Sequence record: PQ724392.1
Reading direction: 5' to 3' (one strand)
Source: a phage
DNA length: 64,000 nt
The position numbers were made by a program, and so were the translations under genes. Of this stretch, positions 53,543 through 62,213 are shown one piece after another (the stretch's first letter is position 1; each line of letters begins with the position of its first letter). The notes beneath the pieces were generated by a model. It searched no databases, was not told the origin of the DNA, and was given only the letters and a program-made list of their open reading frames with translations.

Positions 53543-55199
53543 CTTTTTTCATCTGGAGATGTTGCCCGTATGCTTCCGGGTCATGGTCTCGGTGACTGAT
53601 AATAAAGATGTTGGTGTCTTCCAATTTGTTCAGGATGGTAGCAATTGCTTTAACACCCTCTACATCAGTGGCCGAGTCAAAAACTTCATCCAGAATCAAT
53701 GTGTTAATATTAACACCAGATACTTTCGCAGCAATATCGCGCCATGTAAACAGCAATGCAATATCTATACGAGCTTTTTCACCCTGGCTAAATGATGCAT
53801 AACTAAAGTCTTCACGTCCACGAGATTTAATCGTTTCGTTGAACTCTTCATCTAACGTAAAGCTATAATCAGCTTCCATAACTTTAAGATAAGCGTTTAT
53901 CTGCTTATTAAAGATAGGAATATATTTCTTAATAATCGCGCCCTTGATACCAGAATCTTTCAACATATCCGTTAGGATACCACGTTGATATTTTTCCATC
54001 ACAAGGTCAGATTTCTGTTTGACTATTTTATCAAGCTGGTCTTGAAGCATTTTAATGTCTGCTGCATGGTCAATGAATTCTGACTTGGCCTGCTCGATTA
54101 ATGCTTTAACCCTTTTAGCTTTTTCGACAGTCTGGACTAAGGTTTGTTTCTTAGTTTGAATGTCTTGTGCTATTGTACGCTGGTTTTGTCTTGCCTTGGT
54201 ATACGCATCAAATTGCTCCTGAACAGCATTCTGGCGAGCTTTATGCTTATCAGCCGATGCATTACATTCTTCAATCTTTGACTCAATCCTGGCGACAATA
54301 GGGTCTCCTGGATGCAACTGACTAGCACAGGTCTGACAACAACCACCTTTCTCGTACAGACCAACAACCTTTCGATAATCGTCAATCTTCGATTTAATCA
54401 GGAATGATTCCTGCTTTAACTTTGTGAGTTCGTGCTCAGGGTCTTCTCCCAAGATTATCTCGGTCAGTCTTGTCGTTGCTTCTTCGATAGTTGCCTTGAT
54501 TCCACGTGCTTCTGTGGCAAGTTCATCATACATCGTTTGCAGTCGCAACAGATTATCGCCTGACAATTTTCTTTGACGGTCTTCGTTGTCCTGATAGATT
54601 TTAATCTGTTGAACGATACCGTCATGCTGTACATCCATCACCTGGATTTGGCTATTGACTTCGCGGATAAGAGATTTGTTCAGCTTATCCATATCGGCCA
54701 GTACAGAAACCTCTAACAGGTCTTCGACGAGTTTTCTTCTTGCAGGAGTGGATAGGCCCATAAAAGGGGTATATCCAGCTGTGCCGAGTACGACAATTTG
54801 TTTGAAACTGGCGTATGACATTCCGATAAGCTGTTCAAATTCCGCTTGGAAGTCTTTACTGCTGGCAGATTCATCAAGACGTTTACCGCCACAAGAGATT
54901 TCAAAAACATTGGGTTTTTGCCCGCGTTTGATATAGTATTCTTTTCCATCATATTCCATCCACAATTCAACGAGCATATCTTTTTTGTTGCTCGAGTTAA
55001 TCAACTGGCCTTTCTTTACATCACGGAAAGGCTTACCGAACATAGCAAAGGTAACCGCTTCAAGGAACGTAGATTTACCCGCGCCATTCTTGCCGGTGAC
55101 CAGAGTTTTCTGGACTTTATCCAGTTCAACAGTAATCGGTTTAGCACCAACCGACATAATATTTTTATAGATAACTTTCTTAAGCTTAAACGTTTTCAT
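53517..55199 (-). CDS. 46: recombination nuclease subunit gp46 (Rad50/SbcC-like ATPase)
   Basis: 560-aa ORF; Walker A GKNGAGKST, long coiled coil with CxxC hook (CCQTCASQ), signature FSQGEKARIDIAL, Walker B LILDEVFD. Confidence 0.9.
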   Translation of the reverse strand: MKTFKLKKVIYKNIMSVGAKPITVELDKVQKTLVTGKNGAGKSTFLEAVTFAMFGKPFRDVKKGQLINSSNKKDMLVELWMEYDGKEYYIKRGQKPNVFEISCGGKRLDESASSKDFQAEFEQLIGMSYASFKQIVVLGTAGYTPFMGLSTPARRKLVEDLLEVSVLADMDKLNKSLIREVNSQIQVMDVQHDGIVQQIKIYQDNEDRQRKLSGDNLLRLQTMYDELATEARGIKATIEEATTRLTEIILGEDPEHELTKLKQESFLIKSKIDDYRKVVGLYEKGGCCQTCASQLHPGDPIVARIESKIEECNASADKHKARQNAVQEQFDAYTKARQNQRTIAQDIQTKKQTLVQTVEKAKRVKALIEQAKSEFIDHAADIKMLQDQLDKIVKQKSDLVMEKYQRGILTDMLKDSGIKGAIIKKYIPIFNKQINAYLKVMEADYSFTLDEEFNETIKSRGREDFSYASFSQGEKARIDIALLFTWRDIAAKVSGVNINTLILDEVFDSATDVEGVKAIATILNKLEDTNIFIISHRDHDPEAYGQHLQMKKVGRFTVME

Positions 55200-55420
55200 G
55201 TATTGTTCTCACGAATTGTTTGTTCAGCATATTCTAGCATTTCTTCGGAAGAAGCAAACACGTCGTCAAGTTCCATGGCCCATGAAACACCTTCAGAATA
55301 TTCAGAAGTGACATACATAGTTCCGGTATACCAAGAACCATCCACGTCCCATTCTACATTACCGAACCGGCCATCGCCAATATGAAAATCATGTTTATAC
55401 ATTTTCATCATTATAAGCAT
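55196..55420 (-). CDS. hypothetical protein
   Basis: 74-aa ORF between 47 and 46. Confidence 0.4.
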   Translation of the reverse strand: MLIMMKMYKHDFHIGDGRFGNVEWDVDGSWYTGTMYVTSEYSEGVSWAMELDDVFASSEEMLEYAEQTIRENNT

Positions 55421-55658
55421 CCTTGATGCATGATTCAGCCATATGAATTAATGTTTCTGGAGTATCATCTACCATTACATTAAAGCTAAATTCCACAGCC
55501 CAATCGGTGACTACATAGACTTTGATAAGTTGACCGGTTTCCCGGTCAGTGATAGCTTCAAACCAATACTTAATAGTATTCGGTTGATTATCGTCGTCAA
55601 CAACATCACATTCGCGGATATGCTCAAGTCCCGCTTCATTAAAATCATAAAGTCTCAT
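55395..55658 (-). CDS. hypothetical protein
   Basis: 87-aa ORF between 47 and 46. Confidence 0.4.
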   Translation of the reverse strand: MRLYDFNEAGLEHIRECDVVDDDNQPNTIKYWFEAITDRETGQLIKVYVVTDWAVEFSFNVMVDDTPETLIHMAESCIKDAYNDENV

Positions 55659-56674
55659 GGTTGTACCTCAAGATATAATTTGTTGGCCAATGCTTTAAGA
55701 GCTTTTGATTCTTTCTCATTGGTGTCAGGTAATGCATCAATATATTCTGCCATCATATCAGTTAAGCGTTTTATGTCTAACTCTTCTTCGGAGTCAGTCG
55801 TATCAACACTGTTATCAACCTTATTGACAACACGCAATTCATGTACACGCTTTTCTAATTCAGATTCGAACTTGGTCAGGTCTTTATCGACTTTTTCTAC
55901 AATAACACGGACTGATAGGTCTTTGAAGTCGTCGTAGTTAATAGTTTCGTTTGGATAGAAAATCTTCCGATGCCAGGTGGTTTCATTCGGAATAAATTTC
56001 ATCTCTTCGGTTTCTGTATCAAATTCCCAGAATCCGCGCGGGTCATTCTCATCACCTGCTGTTAATGTCCATGGTGTCCCGATGTACTTAACGTTTGCAG
56101 CTTCTGAAATGGTATGGAAGTGCCCAGACCAAACTTGCTTGTACTTCTTAAGGAAATCGGGCTCAAGCCCGTGGGATTTCAATCCTTTATAGAAATAAAA
56201 CCCGGTTAATTCCCAGTGACCAATGCAATATTCAGCACCAGAAGTTTTGATGTGTTGATGAATGTCAGTCGCGTTCTCGTCACACATCCATGGAATCATA
56301 TCAATCTGACAGCCGTCAAAATCAACAGTCGTTGGCTTGTCGTAGATTTTAACATGGTCATACTTATTCAGGAGTTCGGTGATAGCATTAGGATGAATCT
56401 TATTCTTCAGATTCATGTCATGGTTCCCGACTATCGTGTGCATAGTAATTCCTGCTTCACGAAGGAGTTCCATAATCTCGCGGCTGAATTCCATTGTCTT
56501 ATGCGTTACAGCCTTACGGACGTCAAAAATATCACCATATTGAATCCAGACTTTAATTCCATTTGCTTTGGAATATGCAATCGCCTGTAAAATACCATCC
56601 CGTTGAATGTTTTGAGCCCATGGGTCGTCAGCTTTGACACCCAAGTGCCAATCACCTAAATTTAAAATTTTCAT
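55655..56674 (-). CDS. 47: recombination nuclease subunit gp47 (Mre11/SbcD-like phosphoesterase)
   Basis: 339 aa from ATG at 56674 (track start is TTG); MKILNLGDWHLG, QYGDIFD, GNHD, GHWE, SGHFH metallophosphoesterase motifs. Confidence 0.9.
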   Translation of the reverse strand: MKILNLGDWHLGVKADDPWAQNIQRDGILQAIAYSKANGIKVWIQYGDIFDVRKAVTHKTMEFSREIMELLREAGITMHTIVGNHDMNLKNKIHPNAITELLNKYDHVKIYDKPTTVDFDGCQIDMIPWMCDENATDIHQHIKTSGAEYCIGHWELTGFYFYKGLKSHGLEPDFLKKYKQVWSGHFHTISEAANVKYIGTPWTLTAGDENDPRGFWEFDTETEEMKFIPNETTWHRKIFYPNETINYDDFKDLSVRVIVEKVDKDLTKFESELEKRVHELRVVNKVDNSVDTTDSEEELDIKRLTDMMAEYIDALPDTNEKESKALKALANKLYLEVQP

Positions 56675-56857
56675 AAGCCAAGCGCCGTTATCGCAGTGCA
56701 AAATAAAATTATTGAAATGAACCCGTCAGGAGTAGAAAAGAATCCTATCCAACAAGCTCGTGTGAATGTGTAGAATGCCATGAATAACACAACATATCCT
56801 AAAAATAATTCCATATAATCTCCTCAGTTGGTTCATTTTATCATCCCGAATATAAAG

Positions 56858-56882
56858 CAAAAAAGGAAGCACTAGGCTTCCT
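56858..56882 (-). terminator. rho-independent terminator
   Basis: minus strand GGAAGC-CTAGT-GCTTCC followed by TTTTTTGCTTT. Confidence 0.6.
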
Positions 56883-57200
56883 TTCCAATTAATACACCAT
56901 ACAGAGGTTCATGAGAAGACCTGAACTTGATAGGCTTATATTTAATAGTACCTTCATTTTCTGCTTTAATACGAGCGGCTTCAAATTGAAGTATCATCTC
57001 ATTTTTGTCAGATTTAATCTTATCAAAATCCGTCGAATTCGTCATTCATATGACCTCTTAAAAATCAGGATGTTCGTCTTGAAATATATTACCCAATCGT
57101 TTTAATTCGTCGGAAGTAAGAATATCTACATCATCAATAGTCATAATACACCTCTTAAACTTTTTCGTATTCGTCATTCATTAACCGGCAGTCCATGTTA

Positions 57201-57401
57201 TCATCGTTGCCACCACTTCTTAAGTTGATGTGAATCCACCCAAACCTTGGCTACAGGCTCAATCCGAAAAATTTCATCGGAATACTGCCCAACCATTTTA
57301 TATTCGGTTTCAGTCTGCTTGATACAGATATTACCATATGAGCGAAGTCTGAAAGCGGCTCCAATAAGAAGCCGTTTAAAAGGTTTATTTACTAATGCCA
57401 T
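57201..57401 (-). CDS. hypothetical protein
   Basis: 66-aa ORF between 55 and 47. Confidence 0.4.
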   Translation of the reverse strand: MALVNKPFKRLLIGAAFRLRSYGNICIKQTETEYKMVGQYSDEIFRIEPVAKVWVDSHQLKKWWQR

Positions 57402-57696
57402 TTACGATTTCCCAAATTTGTTTGCGAGTAGTTTCCCACATCAACTTAATCAGGTCTTCCGTAACTGGTTGGCGGTAAATTCCACGCAGTTTAACTAAAG
57501 CATATTTGTATGCTTCAAAATTGTTTTCCAGCACTGCCCCTTGAGCATGCTTATTCAGTCGTGCAATTTCACGAGCATTCTTTTTCAGAATCTTTGCTGC
57601 TTGACTCTGTGCTTCGAGCGCGTTCGCTTCTTCGAGACGTTCCTGTGCTTCTTCAATCTGCTTATCGGTCAGTTGAGAAATATCTGGAGCTTGCAT
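57385..57696 (-). CDS. hypothetical coiled-coil protein
   Basis: 103-aa ORF between 55 and 47. Confidence 0.4.
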   Translation of the reverse strand: MQAPDISQLTDKQIEEAQERLEEANALEAQSQAAKILKKNAREIARLNKHAQGAVLENNFEAYKYALVKLRGIYRQPVTEDLIKLMWETTRKQIWEIVNGISK

Positions 57697-57697
57697 A

Positions 57698-57949
57698 TTA
57701 ATCCTTGGGAGTTAACTCAATTGTAAAATATAGATTAGCATTATCCACATGATAACGGTAATCAACGTTATTATCCGGCGAAGTAAATTCCAGATTCCGG
57801 ACGTTTAAAGGGTCGATATCAATTGGAAGACCTTTTATGTCTCGCAGATAAAGTTTAATGAAATATGGGAGCGCAGTAAAGTCTTCCTCGATTTTATCTA
57901 AAAAATCGGTAATATCAAATTGATGTTCCATATAAAAAATCCAAATCAC
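57698..57949 (-). CDS. hypothetical protein
   Basis: 83-aa ORF just downstream of gene 55. Confidence 0.4.
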   Translation of the reverse strand: MIWIFYMEHQFDITDFLDKIEEDFTALPYFIKLYLRDIKGLPIDIDPLNVRNLEFTSPDNNVDYRYHVDNANLYFTIELTPKD

Positions 57950-58472
57950 CTTCTTTATCTTTGGCGCTCTTATCAGACCCTGGCGCTTTAACTAAAGAGG
58001 ATTCGTACTGTGTCATTTTGTCATAGATGTCCTGGATAAATGTTTCATCAGCCAGAGCCACCATATCGTCGTCACGTGAATCATACACGTTATGAACGAA
58101 GTAGCTATATTTCTTTGCCATTTCTTTACGTTCTTTTTTGATACGCTGAACGAAAGCATTGAAGCAAGCCATTGTTATGTAAGCATGTGGATTATCGTAT
58201 TTTGTTTCGTCGAAGTTATGAAGACCTTTTATTGCGGCCTCAATTCCGTCTGCAATCATTTCTTGCTTCCAGGATTGGGTATATCCGGAGAAGTTGAAAC
58301 GTTTGCTAAGACCTTCGGCTATAAGCATAATTGCCAGACCAATAACATCGTTCTGGCGAATAATTTTATTCGGGTCGGTGTTCGCATTCAGCTTCTGTTT
58401 CCACTCCGAAATAGCTTTCAGAAGCTCTTTATTATTTACATAGTTATTCTTGGTTAATTTAATTTCGTTCAT
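57915..58472 (-). CDS. 55: late-transcription sigma factor gp55
   Basis: 185-aa ORF; [127 protein letters not shown] match recalled T4 gp55. Confidence 0.9.
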   Translation of the reverse strand: MNEIKLTKNNYVNNKELLKAISEWKQKLNANTDPNKIIRQNDVIGLAIMLIAEGLSKRFNFSGYTQSWKQEMIADGIEAAIKGLHNFDETKYDNPHAYITMACFNAFVQRIKKERKEMAKKYSYFVHNVYDSRDDDMVALADETFIQDIYDKMTQYESSLVKAPGSDKSAKDKEGDLDFLYGTSI

Positions 58473-58520
58473 ATCGCCTCGCTTAGTATATGAATATTAT
58501 ATCATCCTTAATACAAAGCA

Positions 58521-58787
58521 TTAGCGAAGTAAACAGTAAGCCTGAAAGACCTTCTCCATAATTGCCTTAAATTCATGAATGTCAATATAAGGAATAACCT
58601 CGGCATCGCTAATGAATTCCATCAGGCGGTCATGTTCGTTGCGGTATTGCCCTTCATTCAGCATACCGATATGGGACTCCCAAGAGCCATACCCTTCTGC
58701 GTGCGGGAAGAATGTTATTTTCATAAATTCATCCACCCAAAACGTTCCCAGGTCCTGGACGGATATCATTGTATGATTGATGTGCAT
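58521..58787 (-). CDS. hypothetical protein
   Basis: 88-aa ORF in the small-ORF block between 55 and nrdH. Confidence 0.4.
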   Translation of the reverse strand: MHINHTMISVQDLGTFWVDEFMKITFFPHAEGYGSWESHIGMLNEGQYRNEHDRLMEFISDAEVIPYIDIHEFKAIMEKVFQAYCLLR

Positions 58788-59053
58788 CAGTACACCATCT
58801 GAGCAGCTTCTAAAACATCGTCAAGCTTATCAAACTGGTCAACATAATCAATCCCACCTACTTCATCTTTAGCATACAACCAATACTGATGGAATTCATA
58901 TTCAATAATAAAGTGGTCACCTTCAATCTGGAGAACACCAACATCATTAAATTGAACTGCATAACCCGCCAGACGTACATCATTCAGGAGTTCTTCTTTC
59001 ATAGTAATCATTTCCAGGTTTTTCTCATAATGAGAGAGTTTAATTTTAATCAT
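58787..59053 (-). CDS. hypothetical protein
   Basis: 88-aa ORF, stop/start overlap with neighbour. Confidence 0.4.
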   Translation of the reverse strand: MIKIKLSHYEKNLEMITMKEELLNDVRLAGYAVQFNDVGVLQIEGDHFIIEYEFHQYWLYAKDEVGGIDYVDQFDKLDDVLEAAQMVY

Positions 59054-59294
59054 TTAAGTAGTCCAGGAATTCGTCTAATGTCATGCCTTCCGCCCAAGCT
59101 ATTTTAGGGTCAGGCATTTTCATATAAGTGGTCTTAGAGCTTATAGGAAGTATCCTGAAATCATAATGACTTCCACGTAGCCTCTTAGCCTCTTTTATAA
59201 TAGTTTCACTATTAACCATCATAGATGTACGTTGGAAACCAGATAAAGCTTTAAGGACGATTATGGCTGATACACCTTCTGGTAAATTATTCAT
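59046..59294 (-). CDS. hypothetical protein
   Basis: 82-aa ORF, co-oriented. Confidence 0.4.
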   Translation of the reverse strand: MNNLPEGVSAIIVLKALSGFQRTSMMVNSETIIKEAKRLRGSHYDFRILPISSKTTYMKMPDPKIAWAEGMTLDEFLDYLND

Positions 59295-59617
59295 TTCGCA
59301 CCCTTAACAATTTTTAGGTCAACAAAACCTTTCTTGCGCTGGGAATTCATGCGCTTGATGGCTTTATCAGAAACTTCTTTGTTTTCGCGCAGAAGCGGCA
59401 GACCAAACGCTACTACATCAAATTCGTGCAGGATATACTGGACAAGGCTTTCACGAATACGCGCTTTACCCATTGTCTGACCTTCTGCAATAATCAGTTT
59501 CTGTACATCGCCTTCCCACTGGTCCAGAATCTCAGGGGTAACAAAACCAGATTTCATCAGAGTGTTAACTTTAGCAAATGCGAAATTAGCGATGATGTTA
59601 GTGATAGATGCAGTCAT
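59291..59617 (-). CDS. hypothetical protein
   Basis: 108-aa ORF; promoter-like TGGTATAAT upstream. Confidence 0.4.
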   Translation of the reverse strand: MTASITNIIANFAFAKVNTLMKSGFVTPEILDQWEGDVQKLIIAEGQTMGKARIRESLVQYILHEFDVVAFGLPLLRENKEVSDKAIKRMNSQRKKGFVDLKIVKGAK

Positions 59618-59689
59618 GATATATTCCTCAGTCTCATTAAATTAAAATTTTATTATCCTGGGGCCATTATACCATGACCCCGTTGATTT

Positions 59690-59887
59690 TTATTGCGCTT
59701 TAGCCGCTTTCCAGCCTTCATACATCATTGCGGCTGATATCAATATTGCTCCTGAGCAACTTGAATATTTGTGATTCCAAAACCAGTTCAGAAAAACTTC
59801 GTCATCGATACCTTGAGCTATCATATTTTCAAAAAACTGGCGACGAGCTTCAGCAATTCGCTGTGATAATTTAGATTCAGGGTTCAT
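59690..59887 (-). CDS. hypothetical protein
   Basis: 65-aa ORF. Confidence 0.4.
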   Translation of the reverse strand: MNPESKLSQRIAEARRQFFENMIAQGIDDEVFLNWFWNHKYSSCSGAILISAAMMYEGWKAAKAQ

Positions 59888-60026
59888 TTAAATTTTCCAG
59901 TTACCGTTTTCATCAATAAATTCAATCCAGTCATTTACTGACCACTTAGTTGTATCGCCTTTGGGGGCAGAATTTAAAGTGTATAACCCCTGCTTAAAAA
60001 GCATTCGTTTGATATTCATATTTTCC

Positions 60027-60320
60027 TCAACTGTAGCGATAACATTCGTTTGATTTACGTTTTGCAACACGATGAGAAGTATTGTAATCCAAATCATCCT
60101 CAACGTATACATCTTTTTTCAACTGACGAACTTCTTTACGCAGTTGACGATTCATCTCATTCTTGACTTCTGAATCAACGCCACAAAAACGTTTCCATTT
60201 GTCCGAACGGAAGATATTTTTATTCAAAGTTTCTTCTGATACACCGTCAGGTGCTTTACGTCTAGCTATGCAATTAAAATCTTTAGAAGACAATTCTTTA
60301 CGACGGATAGTTTTACCCAT
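60027..60320 (-). CDS. hypothetical basic protein
   Basis: 97-aa Lys/Arg-rich ORF. Confidence 0.4.
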   Translation of the reverse strand: MGKTIRRKELSSKDFNCIARRKAPDGVSEETLNKNIFRSDKWKRFCGVDSEVKNEMNRQLRKEVRQLKKDVYVEDDLDYNTSHRVAKRKSNECYRYS

Positions 60321-60322
60321 AG

Positions 60323-60577
60323 TTACCTCAACAGTTTGTATCCAATAAGATTTTTAATGTACTGGATATCTTTGACATCCAAATCCAACTTAAGGTCTTT
60401 CAGACGGTCGCACAGGGTCAAAAAGGTTACATGCTTCCAATTCTTCACTGGGCAGCAATAAGTCTTAGGACCATTTGCAATTTCAATATTCTTATCAGTG
60501 ACGGTGAGAAAAATTAGGCGCTCATCATCCAGATTAAGGGTAATGATATTTTTCATTGAGTGTAATTTCAGGCTCAT
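60323..60577 (-). CDS. hypothetical protein
   Basis: 84-aa ORF. Confidence 0.4.
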   Translation of the reverse strand: MSLKLHSMKNIITLNLDDERLIFLTVTDKNIEIANGPKTYCCPVKNWKHVTFLTLCDRLKDLKLDLDVKDIQYIKNLIGYKLLR

Positions 60578-60781
60578 AATTTAATTTCCTTAGCTATCGA
60601 ACAAAACACTCCACGGTCACAAATCATTTTAATACCAAGGTCAATTATGGTATACCACACATCCAGGCTAGATATTTCAGTTACTAAAACAGCTTTGCCG
60701 TTGATTGAATAATACTGGTTGACTTTAATTTCTTTATCTTCAATAACCATTTTGTTTTCCTCATCAGTAGTTGATGGGATA

Positions 60782-60810
60782 ATGATACACCGTTCAAAGG
60801 GGCTTGTACA
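60782..60810 (-). promoter_or_regulatory. T4-type early promoter overlapping a terminator hairpin
   Basis: minus strand GTGTACA - 17 nt - TATCAT; the -35 lies in the loop of hairpin AAGGGG-CTTGTACA-CCCCTT (60797-60816). Confidence 0.45.
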
Positions 60811-60820
60811 CCCCTTTTTT
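60797..60820. terminator. hairpin terminator after nrdH (T-run on plus strand)
   Basis: AAGGGG...CCCCTT followed by TTTTTT on the plus strand; on the minus strand it follows the nrdH stop. Confidence 0.5.
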
Positions 60821-61136
60821 AATCTTCAATTAAGTCCTGGTCGTACCCCAGGGATATCAGTTTTGTTTTAAAGGCAGGAATATTGGTCATTTTTTCATCA
60901 TTGACAAAAATCACCGGGTAACGAATGTTAAGAGTAGGATATCCAGCACGCTTAGCCAAAGACACGATTAAAGGCCTGTCATAAGCGATTTCAGAGCCTT
61001 GTTTGTTAAGGACTGAATAGAATGTATAAGGAAGGTTTAAGGAGCCCAGAAGCCCCCTGACGTGCATACAACCAGGGCATCGACCGACTTCTTCGGGGAT
61101 ACCATAGATTTCAATCTTAGTCGAGTTTTGGTCCAC
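60819..61136 (-). CDS. nrdH: NrdH/glutaredoxin-like redoxin
   Basis: 105-aa ORF with CPGC active-site-like motif near N-terminus (KIEIYGIPEEVGRCPGCMHV) and thioredoxin-fold size; lies between 55 and nrdG as in T4. Confidence 0.5.
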   Translation of the reverse strand: MDQNSTKIEIYGIPEEVGRCPGCMHVRGLLGSLNLPYTFYSVLNKQGSEIAYDRPLIVSLAKRAGYPTLNIRYPVIFVNDEKMTNIPAFKTKLISLGYDQDLIED

Positions 61137-61416
61137 AGGAAATCACTCCTTGGTAGTTCCAGGTTTTAATAACTTCTTCATCGCTGGCGGTTGCATACGG
61201 GACATAAATCTGAATAAGGAAACCTGTGTCATCGAAAGAGAAATAAACCGTCGGTTTGATTCCATGAATCTCAGATAGAGCATAGATATCTTTAAGGTCT
61301 TCTTCTTTATCAGCAAAGAATTTCGGGTCCAGGTCACAGTCGTGGAAGTACCATTCATCACCGAACTTGTCCCACGCGGTCCAATTAGTAGCTACATATT
61401 CTTCAAAACGTTTCAT
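61117..61416 (-). CDS. hypothetical protein
   Basis: 99-aa ORF between nrdG and nrdH. Confidence 0.4.
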   Translation of the reverse strand: MKRFEEYVATNWTAWDKFGDEWYFHDCDLDPKFFADKEEDLKDIYALSEIHGIKPTVYFSFDDTGFLIQIYVPYATASDEEVIKTWNYQGVISCGPKLD

Positions 61417-61652
61417 TCTTTCACCTTCATCATTTTAGCAATAACACTATGCACAGCCTGGATTCGTTTGTCGAACTCAGACCCTTCGAGGCCCTTTTCA
61501 GTACTCAGGGCACCAATCATCACAAACAGCAATCCAAATGGGATAACCAGGATTAAAAGGCACACAATAAACAGAACAAATGTAATATTGGCCAGGATAT
61601 CAGAAACAGCATTACGAAATTTATTCATATTTACCCTTAATTGATTAACCAA
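61413..61652 (-). CDS. hypothetical membrane protein
   Basis: 79-aa ORF with hydrophobic core ITFVLFIVCLLILVIPFGLLFVMIGAL. Confidence 0.4.
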   Translation of the reverse strand: MVNQLRVNMNKFRNAVSDILANITFVLFIVCLLILVIPFGLLFVMIGALSTEKGLEGSEFDKRIQAVHSVIAKMMKVKE

Positions 61653-61742
61653 GCATTGATAAGCACTAAACTATACTGCGAATAAAATTCTGGACCAAAA
61701 TGAAAAATCATATCATTTATAGTATCCATAATATAATTAAAT

Positions 61743-62213
61743 TTAATCATGTTTCCACACCCCATCGGTATTTGACCAAAGTCGCTGATTATCTGACCCT
61801 CGCCACAGTTTTTTGGTCGGAAGATTTTTCTCATACTTCCCATCAATAATAACATCAACATATTTAAGCATTTCTAGTTGTTTAATATCTTCAAACTTAT
61901 ATCCTGTCCACATCCAAATGCTTTTATTTGGATAAAGATTTTTAACAGTTTGAACCACAGATTGAATAACATCTCGGTTATCAGGATAGAGAGGGTCTCC
62001 TCCAGTTATAGTTAATCCTTCTATATAATCATTATTCAAACATTCAATTAATTGTTCTAGTGTTTTACCAGTGAATGGAACACCATTTCTAGCATTCCAT
62101 GTTGATTTATTATAACACCCTTCGCATTTATGCAAACAACCTGTGACGAAAAGAACGACCCTGCATCCAGGGCCATTAATAAAATCACAAGGATAAATTC
62201 TATCATAATTCAT
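61743..62213 (-). CDS. nrdG: anaerobic ribonucleotide reductase activating protein NrdG (radical SAM)
   Basis: 156-aa ORF; radical-SAM cluster CLHKCEGC and GLTITGGDP; length as T4 NrdG; overlaps nrdD stop. Confidence 0.85.
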   Translation of the reverse strand: MNYDRIYPCDFINGPGCRVVLFVTGCLHKCEGCYNKSTWNARNGVPFTGKTLEQLIECLNNDYIEGLTITGGDPLYPDNRDVIQSVVQTVKNLYPNKSIWMWTGYKFEDIKQLEMLKYVDVIIDGKYEKNLPTKKLWRGSDNQRLWSNTDGVWKHD

